A DNA stretch of 64,000 bases from Octopus bimaculoides (GCF_001194135.2 NC_068991.1:66155621-66219620), one strand, 5' to 3'. Counted from the stretch's first letter, positions 11,941 through 25,510 are shown. Notes: a model not told the origin generated them from the sequence alone. Numbers and translations are program-made.

Positions 11941-14299
11941 GTAAGCAGCTTCTTTGTTTCGTCTTTTTCTTCTTGTCTTCGAGAGCCTAGTGAAGGGCTC
12001 AAATGCCACCTTGCTCTGTGAAGGATTTTGTTAGGGGGGGGGGAAACACATGTTCTCTCTTCTGCTCACCTAGCCCTCTCTCAATTCCAATCGTGGCCCA
12101 ATAAAACTCGTTTGTAGTTCGCAGCAATTCTCTTTATTTTTATCTTCTTCATAACTCATTGATTTTTTTTTCACTTTACACTTCCCTTATCCCGAATTCC
12201 AAGTCCATCTTTTACCAACCAACCAACCTAACCATCCATTTAAAGCCATTTCGTCAACACGTAGCATCTTCACGTTAACTTTCTCAACTTTCCCCCTCCT
12301 TTGTGTTTGATTCCTTACTCGTGTAGCTTTATTACTATTTATCTCCTTAAAGGGGGGGAAATTTACAACAAAAAAAAAAAAGAATAATAATTCCCATGTT
12401 TCCTGCTTTTTTTACTTGTCGATTTCAACAGAATCTGACCTGCTACCCCCTCCCAACCCTTCGTCATCCCCTTAACGTATTTCTCACATTGAATATCTGT
12501 TTAACCCCTCGACCACTCAGTCGGTGCTCCTTGCTTCAACATGAACACTGACCTATAATTCAAGCAAACAAAACCACTTGGGAGTCGATTTCAAAAAAAA
12601 AGAAAATATCCTCATGTTTCCGACAATTTCGTCCAAAACCCTTAAAAGGAATCTGTTTTAATTCCAGTTCCTTTCATCCCCCCCCCCCNNNNNNNNNNNN
12701 NNNGCCGTTTTCTCTTCCAGCCTGTTTTGTCTCTTCTTGTTTTTCAAAATTTCGAGTTTTCTCTATTTAATAATATTAATAATAAAACAAAAAAAAAAAA
12801 AACCATCCAGATCTAAACAACTGTTTACCTTTCCGGCTCGGAAAGAATTTTGCACTACAAAAGATATGTAGCCTCAATATATGTGTTTGTGTTATGCTAA
12901 AAGGAAAATTTGTTTTTGAATTATAATTGTATAAAATCGATCTCACTACAAAGAACATTTTTAAATGGCATTTAGTTTTGACAAATGTACGCATCCGTCC
13001 TATAGCGATGTCGAACTTTCACATCGAATAATTATCGAACTATTTTGTTTCTCTCCCAACTTCCTAACAATCGTGAATTCGTTTCTTTTATTTATAAAGC
13101 TTTCATCCTTTATTTAGTGATGCAGATGGAGTTTTTTAAGATGAGTTTTTTTTGCAATCTTTGTTATACGTGTCATTTTTAATCCAGCGTGCAAATAGAA
13201 GCGCGAATATCCTTCCATACTTTTTGGACTTCGAACAGAAAATGTCTCACGTAGGAGAACTGTTTCTACCTTGTGAATCAAAATCTATTACTTAAAAAAA
13301 AAAGAAGAAAAAATGCAAATTTATATGTATATTAGTTTATAGTTGCATAGTGTTTTGTTATTCTCCTTTAACGACTTTAAGCTAGGTACACCCCCCTCTT
13401 TTTTTTTTTTTTTTTGTAATATTTTAGAAGAGTTGAATCAGTCCTAGAATTATTCGGCGTCAGAATGGATAGTAATTTATAGAGCTTTTGTGATTAGTGT
13501 ATGGACTTTCTTTACTAATATTTTCCTTCTTTATATATATCAAAAGATAGACGCTTATACATGGCTTTGACACTAGAACACTGCTCATCCCTAGAAACAA
13601 TCATTTTGCTGCTAGGTCTAATTAATTTCCTATGGCGACTCCATATTCTTCACAGGCAGAATGTAAAGCAAACGCTGTGTTTCCTTTTCAAGATCTGAAA
13701 GTATTTCAACCTTGGGCGAACACACAGTACAAACTATGTCCTACTTTATGTGAAATAAATGAAGTTCTTATCTCATCTCTCTAGTTGCAGAAGGCTTAGA
13801 TACTTAATTCTACTTGGCTCAGTGTATGTAACAAGCTGGAGATAATCCTTGCGGAGAAAGTAAGCTGCGGTAGGCTAGCTTGCTATTCAGGAGTAGCTTT
13901 GTCTCACATCCGTTTAACGCCTTTAAAAAAAAGAAAAGGACAAAACCCCCCAAAAAAACTATTTTTAAGCAGCAGTCCGATAACCCATTGTGTAGGTGAA
14001 AAGCTTAGCTTTTTGTTCAAATAGCTGGAGCGCCTAGCATTGACTGACTGACGGCTAATAGTATGATGTCCCTACTTCAAACATCGGTCTAGTGTGGGGC
14101 AGTGTCCTCTCCATGTCTCGCCTGTGATAACTACTAGGACGAATTATACTCTACTAAACTACTTGAAAGATTTACCGATTTTTGTTCACTTGTTTCAGTC
14201 CAGTTCTTTTACAGAACTACATACACTTTACTTCAGCTCCAATAAGAGGATGTGGGGTTCAGAAAACAGTTAATATTGGTTTCAAATTTTTGCACAAAG

Positions 14300-14412
14300 C
14301 CAGCATGTTCGAGGGAAGGGTAAGTCGATATAATCGACTCCAGTGTTTAACTGGTACTTATTTTATCGATCTCGAAAGGATGAAAAGCAAAGTCGGCCTC
14401 GGCGGAATTTGA
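14300..14412 (-). mobile_element. Second SINE family copy; further degenerate plus-strand copies at ~1838-1995, ~14655-14765, ~15380-15560 and ~16390-16572
   Basis: CTGGTACTTATTTTATCGA, GGATGAAAAGCAAAGTCGGCCTCGGCGGAATTTGAA. Confidence 0.75.
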
Positions 14413-14820
14413 AGAAAACAGTTAATATTCTAAGTGGTCGGCAGTTTTCCGAGTGGTTTCGAATTAAGCACTCTTGCATTACTTGAATTTTCTTTTTGTT
14501 CGTCTTCCATCCGAAACTCTACATAGTAATGCCGTGTGTATCTGAGTTTAGTATACATAACAATGAAAACAGCCTTTCACTATAATTGAGGTTTTGTGAT
14601 ATTTTTTTTATGTGTAATCGCACGGAGCCATGCCATTCCCCTGGTGTTATACATACAACCAACTCGCTCGGCTTTACGTTTTGAGTTCAAATTCCACCAA
14701 GGTTGACTTTGTCGATGAAATAAGTACCGATTTCAAGCCTAATGCCTATAGTAGAAAGGATTATTTATTACTATTATCGAGAGCGGTGTTTGATAGAATC
14801 GTTGGGGTGGAGACGGAGTA

Positions 14821-15177
14821 TATGTAATCTGGGTATACCCACCCTTTTAAATTTTGTTTTTTTTTACGGAATCCTATGTTTCAGACCATGGAGAATCCGA
14901 TTCAGGAAAAAAATTTTCAAAAATCTCAATTTCAAAATTTCGACCCCCCCGGTTTTTATATAGATCCACAGGGTAAACCTAACCCTAACCCTAACCCTAA
15001 CACTAGTTTTGTGAGATTTGGCTGTTATTTCTAGCATGTAAATAGCCTGCTTGGTGGGGGAGTGGAATTGAAATTTTTCAAAAATTGTTTTTTCAGAATC
15101 GGAATCTCCATAGCCTAAAACGTGGGCTTCCGTAAAAAAAATTAATAAATAAGGGGGGGAAAGGTTCAGATTACATA
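14821..15177. mobile_element. Non-autonomous TIR element with ~110-bp imperfect arms, TA flanks and an internal (CCCTAA)n run
   Basis: TATGTAATCTG...TTTTACGGAA...TGGAGA.TCCGATTC arm is mirrored at 15067-15177; CCTAA(CCCTAA)3 at 14978-15000. Confidence 0.82.
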
Positions 15178-17149
15178 TAGTGCATCTCTACCATCGTTGG
15201 AGCGGCGGACGTACATGATTGCGGTGTTTAGTTGCTTCTCTGAGTTCCAGTTGGGATTAAAACATCAGTGTAGCGAATCGACTTTTCCTTTCCAGCCCGG
15301 TAAAATCGGTTCAGTATTAAGGTAGTGAAATAAACCGCTTGTACCCTTCTTGCTATTGTTCCTTAGAAAGTATGGAATGGTAAAATCTTGAGAGCGTCTG
15401 ATAAAATGCCTTGCAGTATTTGTTTCGGCCCTTCACGCTGGGGTCGACTTTTCTGTTCATCGTGACGGGATCGATAAAATAAAGTACAAGTCGAGTACTA
15501 AGGACAATTTTATTGACTAACCCACCCCTAACAGCTTTGTGTCTGTTAGAAACGATATCTTTTAAGGAATAGCAGAATCACGAGTTCAAAACCCTCAGTC
15601 GATATGTTCGATTTTTCGTTCCCTCCTCCTAGATTTATACACACACACACACACACGCGTGTGTACGCGCGCGTACTTATTTTTGGAAAAACTCAATCAT
15701 GTAATCGAAAATTGGGTGCTTGAATTCTTTATTTCTGTCACATTGCTGGTAACAACGGTTATTTCCCTCCAGTCTTTCCTTAATTTGTAATTAGGACTCG
15801 TTGACATAGCTATGTAAAGTTCGCTTTGTGATAAAGTGGTTTGGGACTGTTCTACTTCGCGGTATCTTACCATAAGCATCTAGTCGGCCCAGGTCGTGAA
15901 CGAGAACAGTGCAGAAGCCTGTCGGATTGGATTGTCCCTACGATTGTGGAGTAGACTTAATGCATCTCTCCGTTTATGATGACCACCTGACTTCTGAGTG
16001 GCTTTAAGTTCCCAGTGTTGCAAACTTTCGGACCGGGTTTCCGATATGAGAATAATTTAATCAATTTTCATTACTTTCTACCGTAGTGGGAGTTGCTTCC
16101 TCTTTTCTACCAAGAGTCTCTGGCTCTAAAAAGGTCACGGGCACAACTTTCCTCCAATATGAAAAACATTGCAAGTGAAAGGTATTACAATGTCAAGTGG
16201 TCAACAACAGTCACTAATCTGCAAAAGGATTAAAGATTAGTGACACCGAAATTGACACCCACCCCACCTCTCTCTCTCTTACGCCTATGTGATTTGTTTC
16301 TGACAAAATATTGATTGCTCAACGATCTATCTAAGGGATTAAATTCTTTCTATATTTATACAAAATGGTATTCTTAAATCCTGGAGAGGGCGCTAGATGA
16401 CAGAATTGGTAGAGCGTTATGAAATATATTTTGTGTAGGTTTGTCCCTTTACGTTATGGTTTTTAAATCCCGCAATTGTCGGCTGTGTTCTGATAAAATA
16501 AGTGTCAGTTACAGAAAAGGATATAATCGATTAATATTTCTCCCTTTTAGTGTTGTGTCTGTTAGAAATCATTCTTAATTTCAATCAGCTACCTTACCTA
16601 TCGTACATGCGTGACGTCTCGGTTCTAGCATTTTATTTCTGTACGTTTCCTAACGATGACTCACGGTTTAAAACTATAACTTGTTGACATCGTGTTCGTA
16701 TCGGTGAAATAAGAAACAATTAGAAACCTTTTAGTTTTTATTTGCCTTGATCTGAAAGAAATTCCTAGTTTTGGTATTGTTAACCAAGTGTTTCAATTCA
16801 GGGAATTTGTTGTTTGCAGATTCTTTGATTCGGTGTGTGTGTGTGTGTTTGGTTTGGTAACTCTTTGAATATAAGCCTATTGATTTGGCCCTTCTTCCTA
16901 TGACTCCATTCCAATTCCATATAGCCTGATATTACTTGTGATATTATACGATTCTATAGAATTCCCTTTCCTTGTTTTACCGGGGTTTATTCCCAATCAA
17001 ACAGACTAATATTAAAAAGAATTGTGGCTGTGAGAATATATATATGTATGCGCATATATGCATATGCATGTATATATGTATGTGTGTATATCTGTATGCA
17101 TTGTGTCTGTACATATATGTATCAAGATAGGAGTCAAAGTTCCTGAGCC

Positions 17150-17350
17150 ATAGTCTCATGTGGTCGCCTTCCCAGATTCTGTAGTGTATCTATTCTTCCA
17201 CTGTATGGAATGCCGGTCTGTTGCTGGACCACTCGGTTTTGCCAGCTGAGTGGACTGGAGCAATGTGAAATGAAGCATCACCTGGCCCAGGAATTGAAAT
17301 CACTATCTTACAATCATGAGTTGAAGACCCTAACAGCTAAGCCACGTGCC
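17150..17350 (-). mobile_element. Third, degenerate SINE-like fragment
   Basis: CCAGCTGAGTGGACTGGAGCAATGTGAAATGAAG followed by a tRNA-like head in reverse. Confidence 0.55.
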
Positions 17351-18463
17351 TCTACATGTGTTTCTATACATACTATATATGCATACACATGTGTTTATGT
17401 CTATATGTATAGATATGTGTCTGTGTATATAAATATGTATACATATACCTATGTATACCTGATGACAGGAAGATGACTGACTATTGCCCTTGCAAAATGA
17501 CAGCAATGCCTGTGCTTAAGGTTATTGCACCTGTTGTCAGCTTTATTCTGGCTTGCAGCTACATCTTCTGTGCTCATCCTTAGTGCCTATCTACTCAACT
17601 AGGCTTTGGAAAGTTGTCTTGCTGCTGATAGTGCAATCTAAAATCTTAGGTCCAATAAGGCTTGCACGACACCTCGTAGATCTTTCCGTCCTATTGATAT
17701 GATCCAGAAACCAGTTGAAGCAAGATATTCAGTGCCGATATTGGTTGCAGACTTGGGAATGTGGGAGCACCATGATCTAAAGTGCAAGTAAAAGATTCAA
17801 AAAAATGTCCAATGCAATTCCTGCATATCCAGTTTTATATCAGAATGTCTTACTCTTGGTTGTATGCCAGACACTAACCTGAAATTTCTGAGGACCTGTG
17901 CTATTGCTAGATGGTTGTTGAACCTACACTGGGTTCTTGTTAATCCTGCTGGATTTCTAGGAACCCTTCTCACCAGACAAATCTAGTGGGAGGTGGGGGC
18001 AGTTTAGTCACGGACAACCTGACTATGCATCAGGTTGTACTGGATTCCATAATACCAGTAACACTCATGAGACCTCACAAGTAACCTGACATGTGTACCT
18101 ATGGATATATATACACACACACACGTGTATACATAAGAAATATACATTTATGTATATATCTGTTGGGGTATGTGGATGTATGTATGTACATGTATATATA
18201 TATATATAGACACACACACACACATGTACATTTGTATGTATGTATGTGTGTGTGTGTGTATATACAGAATAGTATTTTAGTAATAACTTTAGTCAGAAGA
18301 AATAAAGGAATTCTTCCTTATTTCATTTATATAGAAGTACAGAAAGTCTTTGTATTTTCCAAAGAAATGAAATAAAATGAATTAAAGTTGATATTTATAT
18401 CTAAAATTTATTCATCTAGTGCCAAAAGATTTTGTTTCTGTTTCTCTCAATATATGTGTATGC

Positions 18464-18632
18464 CATCATTATCATTTAATGTCCTTTTTTTTCCATGCTG
18501 GTATGGGTTGGACAATGCAACAAGAACAGATGAGCCAGGTTCTTTGATTGCTTTGATATGATTTCTACAACTGGATGCCCTTTCTAATACCAATCCCTTC
18601 ATAGTGTTCTGGGTGCTTTTTACATGGCACTA
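18464..18632 (-). mobile_element. RTE 3'-end copy
   Basis: CCATGCTGG, GGATGCCCTTTCT and GGGTGCTTTTTAC. Confidence 0.8.
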
Positions 18633-18699
18633 AGTTTTCACAAGACCCCTCAACTGAGTGGGATACGGAGTAGAAGAATAAAAAAAACTAGGATAGAGG

Positions 18700-19833
18700 G
18701 ATGAGCAGGTATCTTGGTGTAGGAAGGCGAACTCATCACATACCCCCTCAGGTAGGAGACTCCCTGCTTGATCTGTAGAAAAGGTGTAGGTAGAAATTCC
18801 ATAAGATGTACCCAGTGTGAGCTATGGACACATAAGAGGTGCAGCAGCATCAAAGGAAGATTAACCGAGAAGACAGCTTTCGTGTGTGGCAGATGCACAG
18901 GGGCAATAAACACCACAGATGCTCAGAAAACAGATTCCATTACATGCCAGGGGGAGAAACTAGAAGTAGTTGAAAGCTTCCGCTACCTAGGTGATCAAGT
19001 TAGTAGTGGGGGTGGATGCTCAGAGAGTGTTACCACTAGAAGAAGAATAGTCTGGGCAAAGTTTAGAAAACTTCTACTCCTACTGGTGACAAAGGGGCTC
19101 TCGCTCAGAGTGAAAGGTAGATTGTACGATGCATGTGTGTGAACTGCCATGCTTCACGGCAGTGAAACATGGTCCATGACTGCGGAGGACATGCATAGGC
19201 TTGAAAGAAATGAAGCTAGCATGATCGGCTGGATGTGTAATGTCAGTGTGCATGCACGACAATGTAAGCGCCCTGAGAGGAATGTTGGACATAAGAAGCA
19301 TCGGATGTGGTGTGCAGGAGAGATGTTTGTGCTGGTATGGTCATGTACTGCGGATGGATGAGGAGAGCTGTGTGACGAAGTGCCACACCCAAACAGTTGA
19401 AGGAATCCGGGGTAGAGGTAGACCCAGGAAGACATGGGATGAGGTGGTCAAGCATGACTTTAGAATGTTGGGCCTCACAGAGGCAATGACGAAAGACCGA
19501 AACCTCTGGAAATATGCTGTGACTAAGAAGACCCGGCAAATAAAGTGAGTTCACGGCTGTATCCTACACTAGTTTTGCATAATCAGCCCCAGCCCATTCA
19601 AAAGTACCTTGGATCGTAGGGCAACTTGCTGTGCTTGAGGAGACCTATTGAGTCAAGTACATGAACGTCAAAATAAAAATCAAATGGAAATTGTAGTTTT
19701 GATACCCATACTGGTGGCACGTAAAAAGCACCAACCGATCGTGGCCATTGCCAGCCTCGTCTGGCTCCTGTGCTGGTGGCACTTAAAAAGCACCCACTAC
19801 ACTCACGGAGTGGGCATTAGGAAGGGCATCCGG
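18700..19833 (+). mobile_element. 5'-truncated, frameshifted RTE-clade LINE: ORF2 C-terminus and 3' UTR running into a gap
   Basis: ORF pieces 18768-19142, 19149-19361 and 19240-19548 with LEVVESFRYLGD, RVKGRLYDACV, LHGSETW, WYGHVLRM, GRGRPRKTW; 3' UTR continues to GGAAGGGCATCC. Confidence 0.93.
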
Positions 19834-20099
19834 NNNNNNNNNNNNNNNNNNNNNNNNNNNNNNNNNNNNNNNNNNNNNNNNNNNNNNNNNNNNNNNNNNN
19901 NNNNNNNNNNNNNNNNNNNNNNNNNNNNNNNNNNNNNNNNNNNNNNNNNNNNNNNNNNNNNNNNNNNNNNNNNNNNNNNNNTATATATATACATACACAC
20001 ACATACAGGTGTATACATGCAAGCATACATACATACATATATATACGTTTTATCTTACTCTCTTGCTCTTTCTCTGTATATGCATAGGACTGAGATATC

Positions 20100-20426
20100 T
20101 AGAGCCTTGCTGTACTTGAGAAGACCTGTTCTTCACAACAGAGCTGTTAATGTTACTCCTCTTGCAAGAGCCCTGTGTGGGCACCATTTAAAGTGCCACA
20201 TAGCCAGTACCACATAAAAAAGCACTCATGCTGGTCCCATGTAATAGCATCTGTGCTGGTGCCACATAAAAGGCACCCAGCACACTAATAAAGTAGTTGA
20301 TGTTAGAAAGGGCATCCAACCGAAGAAACCAAGCTGAATAACTTGAACCTGATGCAGCTGTCCTTGCCACTAAGGTCAAACCATCTCACCCATGCCAGCA
20401 TGGAAAATGGACGTTAGATGATGATT
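20100..20426 (+). mobile_element. Older RTE 3' UTR copy with three iterations of the GCAC/AAAAGCAC unit
   Basis: Starts with CTTGCTGTACTTGAGAAGACCT, similar to 19626-19650; ends in a GAT tail. Confidence 0.75.
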
Positions 20427-21984
20427 TTATAGACACACACAAACACACACATTCATACATCCATTATCAATAATTTATTTAGCTTATACGTGTTTCCAAT
20501 AATCTAGCAGAACATGTGTGAGCTAAAGAAATCGTCAATAATGAATCTTTATCCCCCCCCCCCCTAATATACTCTGTCATTAATACACTGATTGTAATTG
20601 GTGTTCTATATCTGATTTACAAGTTGCCCCTATTACAAGGAAAGAACAACATACGGATTACTATTGTAATAATTAGACAGTTTAGTTAACCCCCAGTTCT
20701 ATTTCTGCAGAGTGCTTTAGTGTAGTTGATTAAACTAACAGTCTAGTCAGTTCACTACATCAGTGGTTACCTTCAGAGATGAACCCCATGTTTAGTGGAT
20801 TATTGATTTTTTTTTTTTTTGTTCTTATAAAATTAAAAATTTCTGCTGTTGCTTACCTTTTCATTTCTTGCTTGCACACTGTTATTATTATTCCTTTGCA
20901 AAATGAATTATATTTACCAACATATCTGATGGTAAAATTGTTTAGTTTTGTATTGTGTTTACCATAGCTGCAATATGTCTGTTCTACCCACCACCATTTA
21001 GTATCTGTTCTCCATGCTGGCATGGGTTGGATGTATTGAACTATTTATGTAAATTCATAGATTTCTGACAAATCTAAAACATGTAAAATTTCATAAAAAT
21101 AAAACAGAAAACAAACCCATTACATTTTGAATTACTTATTAGTGATTCTCTTTTTCGTTTTTTCCATTAATCAATCATTTAGTGTTATATGGGTTGTACT
21201 TATCTCACAATATTTCACTACTCATCATGGTATTCTGTTATTTTGTGCATACTGCAGAACTGAAAACTTATGTGTTGTGTCGCTTTTTTTTTTCCCCTTT
21301 AAAGCTGGATGTCTTTACCATAAACTAATGTTCTTACATTATTGATTTGGTATATATGTCACCAGTACTAGAGAGGTTGCTCAATAAGATGATTCTATTT
21401 TCTATTTGTTTTATTTTTTGGCATGGTTTTTACTTGGACCGTTCCCTTTATACTTACTGAAAATTTAAGGGAAATAGTGTGGTATTATGAAGACCTTATA
21501 GTGGTGACCTATTTCCATTGTATCAGGGAGACCTTTAGTTACCAAGGGAAGGTGTTACAATAGCAGTTGAACTAACATTAAAATAGGTACAAGTGGGAGA
21601 TTAACATACCCATTGCAACTGGACTATGTTTTCAAGGTTGCTGGTGAAGGATGAAAGGTTACTTTGCTAAAAGTGGTTGAGAGGGCATACTGTACTGATG
21701 TTTCCAAACCCTTTTCCATCTTAAATAAAACAATGAGATAGAGTAAGTTAAATCCTGGAATTAAAATTTACAGTATTCTTAGCTTGGTTATTGAACATAT
21801 AATTAGTTTTATGTTGTTGGTGTCCCTGATTATATTCCTCTTCATCCCCAGTTCAGATTGATAAGTGCTATCCATTTGAATTGTAATGAATTACAGTTAT
21901 ATAACTATTTTACCAAATTTTAAAACTAAATATTAAGATTTAAAAGAAATATGTTTAAGATGGAAGGTTAATAATAGTATTATT

Positions 21985-22200
21985 TCATCATTATCATCAA
22001 ACATCCATATACCTTGCTGGCATGGGTCAGTCATTTTGACAGGATATGGAGAGCCAAAGGGCTGCATCTTGTTCCAGTGTGTTGACTTTGGCATTGTTTC
22101 TATGGCTGCATGCTCTTCCTAATACCAACCACTTTCCAGTTTGTAATGAGTGCTTTCTGTGTGCCTCTAGTGCTAGTGGGATTGCCGAGTAACTTGCAAT
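21985..22200 (-). mobile_element. Diverged RTE 3'-end copy
   Basis: (CAT)n, GCTGGCATGGG and CTTCCTAATACCAACCAC. Confidence 0.7.
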
Positions 22201-24504
22201 AATTAAGACTTTAAGATAAAATGGCAAAATAAGTTAATGATTTGAAAAACTTCAGTTAAATGAGATTGTCCATGCAATTAATAGACAAATACTCCCTTTA
22301 CTGGTATTTAAAATCTGAAAAGAATCATATAAGATAATTCCCTTAAGATCACATATTTTCCTAAAACTTCAATCATGCTGATAGGAGTGGATCTGGTCTT
22401 TAAAGTCAACAGGTAAAAACAACTGACATTGTTATGGTTTTATTGGATCTCCTCAGTTGGCAAGAAATGGAGGAAACATAGTAATGTTGGTAATATCTAT
22501 AATAATAAAAGTGAAATTCTGTCTGTCTGTTTGGGACCCCTGTATCTCAGTCTACATTTTCTCTACATAGACATATACTTTTTTGGAATCAGGATGATCC
22601 CGGGATTGAAAATCTACCTTGCATTTGGTTCTTGAACATCCAGCATTGGGATCTAATTTAAAAGCATTTGGGTTGGTATTTCTAGCAGGTAAAGCTTAAC
22701 TGATTCATGCCATCTTGGTTGGTGTTTATCAGATGACGTCAGAGATCAAGGGTGAGATAAATGACATTCACTTTGTTAATTTTGTATCAAGATAAGAACT
22801 TTGGGACAAATTGGCCAACAATTGGAATTTAACTTGGGACTGGAACAGTAGAATAATTGCATTACAGAATTCTCATCTGTCCTTAACCTCTGATCAAACA
22901 CCACTGGTGCATATAGTCATACTATTTAGCTCTCTTTAGTTTGGGGCTGCAGACCCAATTAACCCTCCACAGGAGCTAGCTTATAAGTCTGCATGGAGTG
23001 CAGCTTTTAAGCTAGTGAATAATGTAACTGAGTAGGGAAATGTCTCGGTACCATTCTACATATTTGAAATACAGTAGGCTTTCATAATGCATTGAAAGTC
23101 TTGAATTAACAGAGATTTATAGACCAGCATAAACTATATAGTTTCCAAAAATCTGACCTGACCTTGTTGCAATTATCTCCTTTATTTTTACATTTTAAAC
23201 CCTGTTATTGAGAATTTTCTTTTCTGCTAATTACATAGATAATTATAATTTTAGAACACCGTGTTACATATGCATGTGTGTTTATTGATTTATGTCCAGT
23301 TTCTGTAGAGGGATGGATTATGCATTTTGCTAAAAAAACTTCCTGCATGTCTTTATGGCCACACTGTTCTGCTCATCTTATTAACTACTCTGTGTGTGTG
23401 TGTACTTGGTAGTGTTTTATGTGACTGGCTTTACTTGTGTTACTAATACTTCTCAGAAAGGCTTGGGTGTTACAACTTTTTTCTAACTTTCAAATTTTAG
23501 TTTTTTTTTTTGTTTGTTTTGTCTTATATCATTGCTAATGTGGATGCATATTTTATCTTATTTCTCTACATAAATATGAAAACATTAGCAGTTCTTCATT
23601 GATCCAATGTAAGTGAGAGCTTTCTATGATTATAGAGAATACGCCAAATATTGAAATTTACTTCCCGTTGTAAAATAGAACTGAAAAAAGTGAAGCTTCA
23701 GATTACGTAACTTGTGATTTATTTTAAAATTTTCTATTGTAAAAGGAGACTTTCTTTCTATGTATCCTGACCTCAAGAATTTCCCTAGTTCTGTCATTTT
23801 CTTTTAACTTCTAATATTTCAACAGGTTTTTGCAGTAAATCAATTATAATCAACTTCATGAAATTTCCAAGATTAGAAAAATAACTTGTATATACCACAA
23901 AATATATTTATTAAAACCAGTCCCACCCCTGCCAGCATAGAAAGGTGGATGAATGTTAAACGATAATGATGATTCTGACAGAAAAGATTAAAACAATAGG
24001 CACTGCTTTTCTTTATTTTTCTTCAGAGTATATTCTCATATTTAATAACCTGCAAGTTTCATATTTTGTATAATAACCAAAACTTTATTTCTTAACAATG
24101 GTATTGTTTAGTCACAGATGAAGTTGGAATTAATAGACTGGAGATCTAAGGCAATTCCAGCCATTATCATTCCAGCTTTATTTCAGACATTGTGTAAAGG
24201 ACTGTGTTAGCTAATGTGAAATTCTACTTTAAATGGCAGGATACGATTTAGGGAATATTAGGCTGCTATTTCTAGCAGGTTAATCCATCACATAGATTTG
24301 CTTAGTTATCAAAATGTCTTAAATATTTATTCATATGTACATATACTGGTTGTTGTCTTCTTTTTGTTATTACTGCTGATATGTAGAAAACTTGACTATA
24401 AAATTTCGTTTTTGGATTTTGTACAATGAAGTGTATAAGGTATGTCCCTTATTTTGAGTTGCATTATGGGCTATGTTTATGGTGTTCAACATTTAGCTCC
24501 ATCA

Positions 24505-24665
24505 TGGGGTGTCGCTATGTTCTGAGTTCAAATTCCGCCGAGGTCAACGTTGCCTTTCATCCTTTTGGGGTTGATAAATTAAGTACCAGTTTTGTACTGG
24601 AGTTGATCAAATCGACTGGCCCCCTCCCCCAAAATTTCAGGCCTTGTGCCTATAGTAGAAAAGAT
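24505..24665 (+). mobile_element. Second SINE family, with a Meta/MESC-like domain GCCTTTCATCC...GATAAATTAAGTACCAG
   Basis: GTTCAAATTCCGCCGAGGTC B-box-like segment; the domain name is from recall and is unverified. Confidence 0.8.
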
Positions 24666-24769
24666 TTAGTTACATTGTGGTGTGGCTTGTAAGTAATGTC
24701 TAATATTCTACCATACAGTGGGGTGTATAGATATCTGGTATTTAGACTTCATACAGTAGTGTTTTGTTT

Positions 24770-25285
24770 CACTACATTCAACTTCCTTCATCTCCCACTC
24801 TCTTTTTGCATTCATGTGAGCTTACCTGGCCATTCACCCTATCCATTCCTGTGTACTACTTCACTTATATACACCACCTTCAAACTTGAGGGTATGCCTG
24901 ACGCATCCTCATCAACTTCTCTCTTTCCTCTCCTCTCTCTTTTTTTTCTGAGGAGTCGTGTATCTTGTCTACCGTAAAACACCTCTTTCTGTCCTTCCAT
25001 CACACTCTAGCCTCTCATCACATGGCACAAAACCACCTCCCTCATTACTCCTTTCCCCCAGTTGAAGTGTCTTGCAAAATACTTAGTGACTTCACTGGTG
25101 CTGGTCATACATGAAAAGCACCCAATACTCTCTGTAAAGTGATAAGCAGTAAGAAGGGCATCCAGCCATAGAAACTATGCGAAAACAGACAGTAAAGCTT
25201 GGCACAGTCATCTGACTTGTTAATTCCTGTCAAACTGTCCAACCCATGCCAGCATGGAAAGTGGACGTTAAATGAATGATGAGAT
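24770..25285 (+). mobile_element. RTE-tail-related repeat, longer old subfamily
   Basis: AAAAGCACCC, GAAGGGCATCCAGCC, CCAACCCATGCCAGCATGGAAAGTGGACGTTAAA. Confidence 0.7.
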
Positions 25286-25303
25286 TATATATGTAGGCAT
25301 TAA

Positions 25304-25510
25304 CCCTTTTGTTACTGTATTTAGTTTGAGATGCTCTGTGTTTCTTTCAATTACTTTAAATATACCAAAGAATTTCGTAAAATAACTTTATCATTCAACT
25401 AGTGTTAGAAACATAAATTGTGACTAAGGTTTGGTGGATGATTTTAATTCAAAACTTATGAAAACAAGACATTTGTACTTAGAGCCAGAGCCGGTTTGGT
25501 AACGAAAGGG
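25304..25510. mobile_element. piggyBac-like MITE family 1 (TIR CCCTTTYGTTAC, TTAA TSD); partial copy at 38239-38404
   Basis: TTAA at 25300-25303 and 25511-25514; 12-bp TIR with 1 mismatch; splits a GGCATTAAGAAGGGCATCC host sequence. Confidence 0.88.

Noticed and set aside
22940-23016. Two small hairpins, one CTAG-bounded (22976-23015)
   Set aside because: Too short for a pre-miRNA, and no Helitron 5' end was identified.
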